From: an uncultured Methanosarcinales archaeon
GTDB lineage: Archaea; Nanobdellota; Nanobdellia; Woesearchaeales; UBA525
DNA: 51,312 nucleotides
NCBI GenBank assembly: GCA_964432865.1
Contig: CAYSOY010000001.1
Span: 1-51,312, forward strand
Direction of reading: 5' to 3'
How positions within the stretch are numbered: position 1 is the stretch's first letter; each line of letters opens with the position of its first letter. Below are positions 1 through 7,639 of the stretch, in pieces. The notes beneath the pieces are model-generated. The model had not been told where the DNA came from, made no database searches, and saw only the letters and a list, made by a program, of their open reading frames with translations. Made by a program: the position numbers and the translations under genes.

Positions 1-373
1 TCATCCTCGCTATGGTGATGTGGGGCTTAAACTCTCTTTCGTCCTCCTCGATAAGCCAGGAGAGTTCTTCATCCACGTCGCTCTTTAACTTTGAGAGGGC
101 GTTGTTCTTCTCTATTCCGAGCCAGAAAACCCTTGAAAAAAGCCCGAGTTTTGTGGTGTTTAACTGAAATTTTTCAAAAGATACTTCTGACAGGGACTCT
201 TTCAAATCAGAGATTTTTGCCTTGGAGATATCCCCCAAAAATTTTAACGTTATATGCGTCTTATCCGGGTCTACAAAGTTGAGGTTTCTAACCTCTATTT
301 TTGCCTTCTTCTGAATATTTTTTACCTTTCTCTTCAGTTCTTCAGGTATGTTAATAGATATAAACAGTCTCAT
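1..373 (-). CDS. thpR: 2H phosphoesterase: RNA 2',3'-cyclic phosphodiesterase / 2'-5' RNA ligase (LigT/ThpR); C-terminus cut by window edge
   Basis: Not in the ORF track because it runs off the window. Own translation of the minus strand from ATG 373-371 gives MRLFISINIPEELKRKV..DKTHITLKFLGD..EFKPHITIARM. The two H-x-T-x motifs (HITL, HITI) about 80 aa apart are the 2H-family signature. Confidence 0.8.
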   Translation of the reverse strand, partial: MRLFISINIPEELKRKVKNIQKKAKIEVRNLNFVDPDKTHITLKFLGDISKAKISDLKESLSEVSFEKFQLNTTKLGLFSRVFWLGIEKNNALSKLKSDVDEELSWLIEEDEREFKPHITIARM

Positions 374-531
374 CTTATCCCCTTTACTCCTTTTTCGTAC
401 ATAAGTCTAAATCCAAAAACTTTTTTTTGAAAGTACAAAAGCGGTGTTGTCAGCACTTTTTATACAACTATTTAAAAGACGGGGCTAAAACAGCCTGTCT
501 TTTGAGTCCTAACCTTCTGTAGGAAATTTAG

Positions 532-846
532 TTATTCTTCTCCAAAACTTTCAGATGCTAACTCGGGCTGGAGATCTATCTCTTCATCTTCGTCCTTCTC
601 TTTCTTTTCTTTCTCTTTTTCAGCAGAAGCGTCTGCTTCTCCGATTTTCTCAGCAAACCCCATCTTACTGAGCACTTTGGTCACTTTCACTTTTACTCTA
701 TCGCCGACTTTTGTATCAGGTATAAAGAGTACAAAGCCGTCGACCTTGGCAACTCCGTCTCCTTTGTCGCCTACAGACTCTATCTTTACGTTGTATTCTT
801 CTCCTTCTTCTACGGGCACGCCCGAATTGTCTTCAAAATCTCTCAT
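532..846 (-). CDS. TRAM-domain RNA-binding protein with acidic C-terminal tail
   Basis: YNVKIESVGDKGDGVAKVDGFVLFIPDTKVGDRVKVKVTKV matches the small stand-alone archaeal TRAM (OB-like) proteins. The tail is EKEKEKKEKDEDEE. Confidence 0.75.
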   Translation of the reverse strand: MRDFEDNSGVPVEEGEEYNVKIESVGDKGDGVAKVDGFVLFIPDTKVGDRVKVKVTKVLSKMGFAEKIGEADASAEKEKEKKEKDEDEEIDLQPELASESFGEE

Positions 847-1020
847 AGTTCTATTTCACCTTCTGTTCTATCTTTAAAAGCAGAAAAATAACTGTTCTTT
901 ATAAAGTTTGTTGAATTCCCTCCTTTCCACATAGAACGAAGTAGTTTTTAGAGCAGGACCAGAGACCGACTCCAAAGGGGCAGTACTGCATAGTGTGTGC
1001 CTTCCTTTATTGGAAAAACC

Positions 1021-2613
1021 TTATTCGACCAAGCACTTATTCTTCACGCAGGTGCAAGTTGCGTCGTCAGGGTAGAGTTCGAAAGATTTGGATGTGCAGG
1101 CGTTCTGCGCTTCTTCCGAAACTTTGTCTGGGTTGAAACATCCTCTTCTACATTGCTCTTCGGACTTCACGCCGTACATTATCTCGCAGTCTGAGTCTTC
1201 GGAACACTTTTTCTCACTGACCGTCTCTTCCTCTCTCATCTCTTCAGATACTTTTGTAGCGTTGACCTCTTCGGGTTGAGAAGTGTCTTTGCTATCTTTT
1301 TTACTCTGTTCCTCTTTCTTCTTCTGCTCCTCGTTAACTGCTTCTACGGCCACGCCGTTATCGGACTCTTCTGCTTCCCGGCTCTTCTCTTCAGAACTTG
1401 CCTTGGCAGGGGTTATAGTCAGATTTCCATAGTTAACTTCTATCTCAGCGTCGGCTTTCAGGTCATTTACTAGTTCTTTGTAGAGTTTGGCTTTCCTCGC
1501 TTTCTTCAACTCCATTTTTATGCTCTCTTTTGCTTCTTTAAACGCGAGTTGTTCAGAAGAGATCTCTCCAATCTTTTTTATCACGTGGTATCCGTAAGCG
1601 GTTTTAGCCAGGCCTATCTCGCCTTCTTCCAGAGAGAAACTTGTGTTTTCAAACGCCGGCATCATATCTCCTCTGGTAAAGTTGTACTCACCGCATCTTC
1701 CTATAGAAGAGGTGTCTACCGAGTAGTTTCTGACAAGGTTGCAGAAGTCTTCTCCTTCGACGGCTTTCATCTTGACTTTTTCTGCTTTCTGTTTGACTGA
1801 GTTATTCCTTCCTGCCAGCAGGATGTGTTTCACTTTTGCCTGCCTGGGTTTTTTGTATCTTGACTTGTTCTCTTCGTAGACCGTCCTCGCTTCTTCATCT
1901 GTAATCTCAAGTTGGTCTCCGAAAATCTGTTGGAATGTCTTCTCCACCAAGGTCTGTCTTTTTATTAGTTCTCTGAACTCCTCCATTGTGATGTTGTTTT
2001 TCTGAAGGTTTGATTTGAGTTGAGCCATCTCCATATTTCCTTTTTTCAACAGGGACTGTATTCTTTTGTCTACTTGTTCTTCGGATACTGTTATTCCCAA
2101 CTCTTCTGCTTTATCAAGTACTAAGTACTCTTCCACCATCTGTTTTAGAACGTCTTCTTTTTTGAATAGCCTTGTGTACTGGCGGGGCAGTCGGGCGTAT
2201 TGGGCTTCGAGTTCTGATTCCGTGATTGTTTTGTTGTTGACGGTTGCCACTATATCTCCATCTGCTCCACTCGGAGAAGAGGTCAAGTAAGGGGTCTGCT
2301 GGAACAGTAGTATTAGTAGTACTATTAGAAGTCCTCCTGCTACTATGTAGGGCAGGTAAGGGTTCGCCAAGAAAGATTCTTCTCTGAATAACTCTTGTTT
2401 TTCTTCAACTTCTTTCTCTGGTTCTTCGCTCTCCTCTGGTCTTTCTTCATCTCCTGTTTTCTCTTCTTTATCCTCGTCTTCGCTCTTCTCTGATTCTTCT
2501 ACTTCATCTTCTGTTTTCTCTTCTTTCTCTGATTTCGAGAACTCTTCCATCTCTTCTTCTTTCTTCTTGTCTTCTCTTTCATCTTCGGTCTTATCTTCTT
2601 CTGAATCCGTCAT
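1021..2613 (-). CDS. membrane-anchored parvulin-type peptidyl-prolyl cis-trans isomerase (PrsA/SurA-like)
   Basis: Parvulin core: VKHILL...GEYNFTRGDMMPAFENTSFSLEEGEIGLAKTAYGYHVIKK. About 90 aa of D/E-rich N-terminus precede one TM (YIVAGGLLIVLLILLF). A SurA-N-like helical region follows, and the last ~60 aa are Cys-rich. GGAGGT lies upstream of the ATG. Confidence 0.7.
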   Translation of the reverse strand: MTDSEEDKTEDEREDKKKEEEMEEFSKSEKEEKTEDEVEESEKSEDEDKEEKTGDEERPEESEEPEKEVEEKQELFREESFLANPYLPYIVAGGLLIVLLILLFQQTPYLTSSPSGADGDIVATVNNKTITESELEAQYARLPRQYTRLFKKEDVLKQMVEEYLVLDKAEELGITVSEEQVDKRIQSLLKKGNMEMAQLKSNLQKNNITMEEFRELIKRQTLVEKTFQQIFGDQLEITDEEARTVYEENKSRYKKPRQAKVKHILLAGRNNSVKQKAEKVKMKAVEGEDFCNLVRNYSVDTSSIGRCGEYNFTRGDMMPAFENTSFSLEEGEIGLAKTAYGYHVIKKIGEISSEQLAFKEAKESIKMELKKARKAKLYKELVNDLKADAEIEVNYGNLTITPAKASSEEKSREAEESDNGVAVEAVNEEQKKKEEQSKKDSKDTSQPEEVNATKVSEEMREEETVSEKKCSEDSDCEIMYGVKSEEQCRRGCFNPDKVSEEAQNACTSKSFELYPDDATCTCVKNKCLVE

Positions 2614-2764
2614 GAATAATACCTCCTTACTCCTCCTTCACAGAAGGAAATTCCTTCTTATTATTTAAATCTTACGATGATAGTTATTTTAGAGTGATAA
2701 TAGGTAAAGATTAGTGAAAAGTTCTTACAAGTAATTTAGATCATAACAAGAAAAAAAGAAAAAT

Positions 2765-3148
2765 GTGTGGCGCCGGTAAGCCGCCTTCTGTAGACTCCCA
2801 ACGGAAAACGTCGTTGACGGAGTCGAGGATATTCGACTAAGCCCTAAAACAGGTTGCACAAGCCGGGACTCACCGTTTCATCCATCCTTGCAAGGAAGGT
2901 CTGGCTGTTATGCTTAGAAAACACAAAGTGTTTTCTGGCATCCCAAAACCTTGCGGTTTTCAGGGACTCAGAGCCGTCGCCGGCTCCTTCAAAACCGTCA
3001 TTCCCAGAGCAAGAGGTCTCGTTTCTGCGTGGTTGCCGACTCTCTCGAGTCCTCACTTATGTGAGCAACTGTTAGTCTGTGGGCGGACTTTCCTCAGTGT
3101 CTGCCAGTCCTACCGGCAGGACCCCGATAATCCTCTCGACGCCTCACA
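2765..3148 (-). ncRNA. rnpB: RNase P RNA
   Basis: The minus strand carries CR-I GAGGAAAGUCCGCCC (RC of 3081-3095), GAUGAAACGGUG (RC of 2871-2882) and CR-V ACAGAAGGCGGCUUA (RC of 2777-2791). P1 pairs 5' GUGAGGCGUCG with 3' CGGCGCCACAC. A T-run follows the 3' end and TTTTTTAAA lies ~21 nt upstream. The region is GC-rich with only overlapping junk ORFs. Confidence 0.85.
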
Positions 3149-3169
3149 TAGGGTGGGAAGACGTTGTTG

Positions 3170-3178
3170 TTTAAAAAA
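3170..3178 (-). promoter_or_regulatory. TATA-like box for RNase P RNA
   Basis: TTTTTTAAA on the minus strand, ~21 nt upstream of the inferred P1 5' end. Confidence 0.45.
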
Positions 3179-3293
3179 CCTACGAATCATTTATATGGTA
3201 GGTTGTGAACGACAGTGGCCGTACAAAGTGACAGAATTACGGTTCTTAAGGAGAAAAGTATAAAAAAATTCAGTAAACTTTAAATATAAAGAA

Positions 3294-3578
3294 GTGAAAG
3301 AGGTATGTGAGGTGAGTACTTTGGTAACAAAAAGTAATTTGAGAAAGCACGAGTTGCTGGGACTTTTCTACCAGTTGATCTCTGGGACCTGCTTCGGCTT
3401 GGGAGTCTACTACGCTTTCTGGAGCGCCGTGAGACCCTTGTATTTTAACTCTTTGAAGTATTCTATCTCCGGCAAGGACTACCTGATATTTCCACTGTTT
3501 TTCGGATTGAGTTTTGTGCTGTGGAGCCTGGGTAGAATAGAATTAAAAGAGGCGAAGCCCGGAAAGAAGACTGATTGA
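3294..3578 (+). CDS. hypothetical small membrane protein
   Basis: An AT-rich AAATATAAAG element and GAGGT lie upstream of the start. Hydrophobic segments are GLFYQLISGTCFGLGVYYAFW and LIFPLFFGLSFVLWSL. No family recognised. Confidence 0.45.
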   Translation: MKEVCEVSTLVTKSNLRKHELLGLFYQLISGTCFGLGVYYAFWSAVRPLYFNSLKYSISGKDYLIFPLFFGLSFVLWSLGRIELKEAKPGKKTD

Positions 3579-3621
3579 GAACGGAGAAGTAAAGATTTGA
3601 GTACAGGCGAGGTTGTTTCCT

Positions 3622-3771
3622 GTGGCGAAGAAAGAAGAAGAGAAAAAGTCTGAGGAGGATGACGGAAGTTTCGAACACGACAGTATTCCCTACGGTACAA
3701 AAGAACTCATAACAGGCATTCTTATCGGCGTAGTGGTGGGTTTCTTTACTGCATTCTGGTTCTTCTTCTAA
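3622..3771 (+). CDS. possible 49-aa tail-anchored membrane peptide (GTG start)
   Basis: Own reading: GTG lies 8 nt after GAGGT. The product is VAKKEEEKKSEEDDGSFEHDSIPYGTKELITGILIGVVVGFFTAFWFFF*. It is below the track's size cut-off, and the competing antisense ORFs 3463..3807 look non-coding. Confidence 0.3.
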   Translation: MAKKEEEKKSEEDDGSFEHDSIPYGTKELITGILIGVVVGFFTAFWFFF

Positions 3772-3814
3772 CACTGCCCTACGTAAGAGTTTCTTAAGAC
3801 TACACAAATATCTT

Positions 3815-4456
3815 TCAATACTCTTTTTTCAGAATCTTGTCTACCACGTCATTGTACTCCTCGAAGAAATGAGCTGATAGAGCCACTGTGGAGAGTGTTC
3901 CTCTGGCGTAATCTGTCTCTTCAGCTACGAGTTCGTGGACTTTCAAGAGTTGATAGATGTTGACAGGCCACCCGATAAGGACGTCTTGGCTTCTTATCAC
4001 CGCGGTCATAAAGAGTTTTCCGTTTCTCTGCCTGAAATACAGGTTCGCCAGGCTCATAACCTCTTTCCTGCCTATTGAAGAGTCTTTCTCGGGTTTTATT
4101 AGGGATATGAATGCTCTTCTGGTGTCCGGGTTTTCTTTCAAAATCGGAATTACAAAATCTCTTATCTGATCCCTGTCATCGTAGTTGAAGATTCTGTTTC
4201 CGTAACTGAAATAATATCCTTGGCTCTCCTTGCTGAATATCATCTTCTCTATCTCGTCTTTCCAAGGGTAACTCCATTCTCCAACGTCCTTCATTATATC
4301 CATCGGCTCGGACATATTCTCAGAGCACTCCAATGTGAGGTTGAGAATCTCTCTGCACTCTCTATTCTGATAGTCTGTAAAAACCTCTCCTTCCTCTCTT
4401 ATCAACTTAAGAGCCTCTTTCCACACGTCCACTGCTTTGTCTTCTTTCAACCTCAT
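3815..4456 (-). CDS. thymidylate synthase (ThyA)-fold protein; nucleophilic Cys apparently absent
   Basis: [11 protein letters not shown] (RR..S..P), [25 protein letters not shown] (R-S-x-D..N) and SAHFFEEY align with ThyA motifs recalled from E. coli. The P-C-H position reads S-L-A. Confidence 0.65.
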   Translation of the reverse strand: [213 protein letters not shown]

Positions 4457-4533
4457 AATATCCCTTTAATATACTTCATCTTATTCATCTTATTTATTCA
4501 TCTTATTATTCTATTTATTAAATTAAGTTATTC

Positions 4534-6156
4534 TTATCGATTAAGGAAACTGGTCAGTTTCACGTCGCCACTCATCCCTCTGAAGTCGTAGGTGAAGAAC
4601 GGGATGTCGTAACTGCTCAGCACGAAGGTTATCTCTCTCATAATCTCTCTGGGGTCGGGGGAGCCTTTTCTGAAGAGGCGTATTCTATCCCCGCCTGTAA
4701 ATATTTTAAAAAGTTTCTCTCGGAAGAGGATGAACTCTTTTAACTTGCCTTCCTGCAGACTGCTTATAGACGTGTAGGTGCTCTTCTTGTATCTTCTTTC
4801 TGAGAGGAAGTCAGAGTCCAACTTCAGAAACGCCGAACTCAGCCCTATTGAGAACCGCAAGGGCATACCGCAACTTCTGTAAACGGTTTCTTGGGACTTC
4901 GAGAACTCGTTCAACTCTTTCTTCACAGAGTTCAGCAGGTCGGGGAGGTAGTACTCCTTTGACCCCTCCCAGTCGTAGTTCCAGAACCTGATGTAAGAAC
5001 GGGAGTAGTTGTAGAACGAGGCCGGTTCGTCCAGGAGGTCCAGAAGTTCTGAGTAGTAAGTGTTCTGGTGCTTCCTGCGCTCAACCTCAGATTTAAAAAG
5101 TGTTTTTGCTATTTTCTCCGTGATTTCTCTGAAGTCAGAGGCGTTTCCTTTTTTGAAAAAATCGTTTACGTCTATCACCGCACTACTGGTCACAACTGCG
5201 TGTATGGGGTTCTGATTCTCTCCTTTTTCTTGCAGAGCCCATTCTTCTGGGCGAAAGGTGTACGTTCCAGATTCTCCTATCACGTAAGGGGGCGGGTGGA
5301 GTGATGAGTTCTTTATGTTTATTTTCTTCTTTGCATCGTAGAACTCCTGAATTACTGTTTTGAAAAAACTTTCGTGCTTCTTAACTTCTTTCCTGTCCGT
5401 CTCTATGACTACTCTTATGTTCTCCGGGTTTATCGTGGTGTAGTCTCTGATAAAGGACTCTGCCTTCTGGCTCTTCTCCAACTCTTTCAGATCTATTATG
5501 AGGGTCAGTCGCTTCCCGTAGTCAAACATCTCTTCTCCTATGTAGTTTATGAACCGCGTCAAACTCTCCAAGGAGTTGTCCTCTATTACTTTTTCAAAAG
5601 AGTTTATGCCGAGGGCGTCGTTTACGTGGACCTGCACTTTCTCTATTACTCTTTCAAGTTCTGCCAGGTTTGTATAGCACCTCCCTTCTACCAGCACGGC
5701 GTTCAACTTGTTTATCCAAGTATCTGCTTCGTAGAGGGCTACTGAGTCATTATTCTTGTACTTCTCTGAAAAAAGGTCTGTTTTTGAGGGTTTTGAAATA
5801 ACTATTTTTTTAGAATCTCTTTCGATAACAACTTTTCCTTCCTCGAGGGCGATTTTGAAGAGTTTTTCATTCTTCCCTCTGACTCCGTGGACTTCGAGGA
5901 TGTCATCCTCCACCAGTTTGTTCAGGTGGTAGAGTACTCTTCTGTGAAGCGTGGCTTTTTTTCTCTTTGCATTGATTACCTTCTCTTTCTCCCTGCTCTC
6001 CAACCCCTTCTTTATCTTGTAGTACTTCTTTTTGAAAAGTTCTTTCACAATCTCTCCTGTTCCAAACTTCTTGTTCGGCTCTTTCTTGAACACTTCCAAT
6101 ATCCTGGTCTCTATGTCCCCCATGTTCTGATGGTAATGAAGTTCTATTAATAACAT
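4534..6156 (-). CDS. orphan ~540-aa protein with N-terminal winged-helix domain
   Basis: Long uninterrupted ORF. The N-terminus IETRILEVFKKEPNKKFGTGEIVKEL...LHRRVLYHLNKLVEDDILEV looks like a wHTH. The rest is unrecognised. The start is ambiguous: GTG 6174, ATG 6156 or ATG 6123. Confidence 0.6.
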   Translation of the reverse strand: MLLIELHYHQNMGDIETRILEVFKKEPNKKFGTGEIVKELFKKKYYKIKKGLESREKEKVINAKRKKATLHRRVLYHLNKLVEDDILEVHGVRGKNEKLFKIALEEGKVVIERDSKKIVISKPSKTDLFSEKYKNNDSVALYEADTWINKLNAVLVEGRCYTNLAELERVIEKVQVHVNDALGINSFEKVIEDNSLESLTRFINYIGEEMFDYGKRLTLIIDLKELEKSQKAESFIRDYTTINPENIRVVIETDRKEVKKHESFFKTVIQEFYDAKKKINIKNSSLHPPPYVIGESGTYTFRPEEWALQEKGENQNPIHAVVTSSAVIDVNDFFKKGNASDFREITEKIAKTLFKSEVERRKHQNTYYSELLDLLDEPASFYNYSRSYIRFWNYDWEGSKEYYLPDLLNSVKKELNEFSKSQETVYRSCGMPLRFSIGLSSAFLKLDSDFLSERRYKKSTYTSISSLQEGKLKEFILFREKLFKIFTGGDRIRLFRKGSPDPREIMREITFVLSSYDIPFFTYDFRGMSGDVKLTSFLNR

Positions 6157-6185
6157 TTTTGGATTGCCCCTCACAGCAGAGTCTG

Positions 6186-6221
6186 TTTCAGAAATTTTAG
6201 GAGGGTCTTGAATTTCTGAAA
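6186..6221. promoter_or_regulatory. perfect 11-bp inverted repeat TTTCAGAAATT-N14-AATTTCTGAAA (candidate operator)
   Basis: Read directly from the sequence. It lies in the divergent promoter region between the wHTH orphan and the Lrp/AsnC gene. A related dyad GTTTCA-N9-TGAAAC is at 6313-6333. Confidence 0.5.
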
Positions 6222-6435
6222 TAAGTTTTTATCTCTTAAAAAAGAGTTCTCCTCTAAAAAAAGGATTTTTTCATCCGCAACAAAGAGAGAACCCCGGCGG
6301 ATTTATCTTTCTGTTTCAAAAAAATTCTGAAACAACACAGATTTTTTCCAAAACAAAGTTTAACTAAATTCGGAACGTATACCAACACAAGAAAAAATAT
6401 TCCGTAAAAGGAGAGGGGTGAGGGGGTTGAAAAAA

Positions 6436-6906
6436 ATGGAATTAGAAAAAAGAGAGAAAGAGATAATATCTCATTTCAGAAAGAACGCCAGAATGACACT
6501 GACAAAGATGTCTCGGAAGACCAAAATACCGGTGTCGACAATCTTCGACAAACTAAAAAAGTACAAAGAGAAAATAATAAACAAACACACAACACTAATA
6601 GACTTCACCAAACTAGGATACCTCGCCCGAGCACAGATACTGATAAAATCAGAGACAGAAGAGAAGAAAAAACTAAGACCATACCTAAAAACACACCCAG
6701 CCGTAAACACACTCTACAAAGTAAACAACGGCTACGACTACATGATAGAAGCCGTCTTCAAAAACGTAAAAGAACTGGACAAATTTTTGGAAAAAACAGA
6801 AACCAAACACAGAATAGAATCAAAAAAAGTCTACTACGTGATAGAAGATATAGCCAGAGAAAAATTCATGAGTGCAGAGAACTTCGTGCCAAAAGAACGG
6901 ACTTGA
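6436..6906 (+). CDS. Lrp/AsnC-family transcriptional regulator
   Basis: HTH: EKEIISHFRKNARMTLTKMSRKTKIPVSTIFDKLKKY. A RAM-like C-terminal half follows (AQILIKSE..YDYMIEAVFKNVKELDKFL). ATG 6436 is preferred over the track's GTG 6418. Confidence 0.75.
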   Translation: MELEKREKEIISHFRKNARMTLTKMSRKTKIPVSTIFDKLKKYKEKIINKHTTLIDFTKLGYLARAQILIKSETEEKKKLRPYLKTHPAVNTLYKVNNGYDYMIEAVFKNVKELDKFLEKTETKHRIESKKVYYVIEDIAREKFMSAENFVPKERT

Positions 6907-6912
6907 AAAAAG

Positions 6913-7263
6913 TCAGTTCTGAAGAGCCATGATCGCCTCGGTCAAGTCGCCGTCAGCCTCTTCTATGCTTGCGCGTGCCTCTTCGTCAGAACAGTCAACC
7001 TGTTCCTTGACAGCAGTGATGTCGTCCTCAGATATCTCCACGGTCTCGTCGGAGGTATCTAAAGGTTTCTCTTCAGCTCTACCCATCACCTGATAGGTCT
7101 TCTTCCCCATCATATCAACTTCAGAGACCTCGGCAGGGTCTATGACAAATCTTCTATCAGAAAACTCTATTATAACTCTTTCAACACCTTCCAATTCGTC
7201 CTGTTGTATGCCCATTCTCTTCATGGCTTTCTTCATCTTCTTGCTGTTCATACCTGGAAACAT
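6913..7263 (-). CDS. nac: nascent polypeptide-associated complex protein (archaeal NAC)
   Basis: NAC domain: KKMKKAMKRMGIQQDELEGVERVIIEF..RFVIDPAEVSEVDMMGKKTYQV. C-terminal UBA-like segment: EEARASIEEADGDLTEAIMAL. Confidence 0.85.
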   Translation of the reverse strand: MFPGMNSKKMKKAMKRMGIQQDELEGVERVIIEFSDRRFVIDPAEVSEVDMMGKKTYQVMGRAEEKPLDTSDETVEISEDDITAVKEQVDCSDEEARASIEEADGDLTEAIMALQN

Positions 7264-7367
7264 ATTCGAAATTCACCTCGTATAACTTGTCTCACTTGTC
7301 TCTCTTATCTTCTAAAAAGTTTAAAAAATGTTTCTCTTAAAAACATCTTCTGACAAAAAACTAAAAA

Positions 7368-7538
7368 TCAGAAGAAACCTCCTGTGAAGTGGAGCATGAT
7401 CTCTATCAGTATCACCAGCACTGCCAGCACTACAACGTGGTGTGGTTTCAACTCTATCTTCGACTTTACATCATCGAAGTACTGAGTTATCCCCGCGCCT
7501 GAGTTCGGCATCTGAAACTTATTATCATCTTTTCCCAT
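7368..7538 (-). CDS. preprotein translocase subunit Sec61-beta
   Basis: MGKDDNKFQMPNSGAGITQYFDD..LKPHHVVVLAVLVILIEIMLHF is the typical Sec61-beta/SecG tail-anchored pattern. The track ORF (to 7718) overextends into nrdJ, so the start was set at ATG 7538. Confidence 0.8.
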   Translation of the reverse strand: MGKDDNKFQMPNSGAGITQYFDDVKSKIELKPHHVVVLAVLVILIEIMLHFTGGFF

Positions 7539-7639
7539 AATAACAACAAAGAAGAGGTTATTTAAAAAAGTTTTTGTGCGGACAGCGGGGTCTACTTTAG
7601 AAAAGATGTAGCCTCCACCTCCTTGGATTACACAAGAAT

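Noticed and set aside
2844-3263. Three overlapping track ORFs (2844..3056 -, 2854..3075 +, 2910..3263 +) in a GC-rich patch
   Set aside because: The region carries the RNase P RNA CR-I and CR-V motifs and P1 pairing on the minus strand. The ORFs overlap one another on both strands and have no protein-like features.
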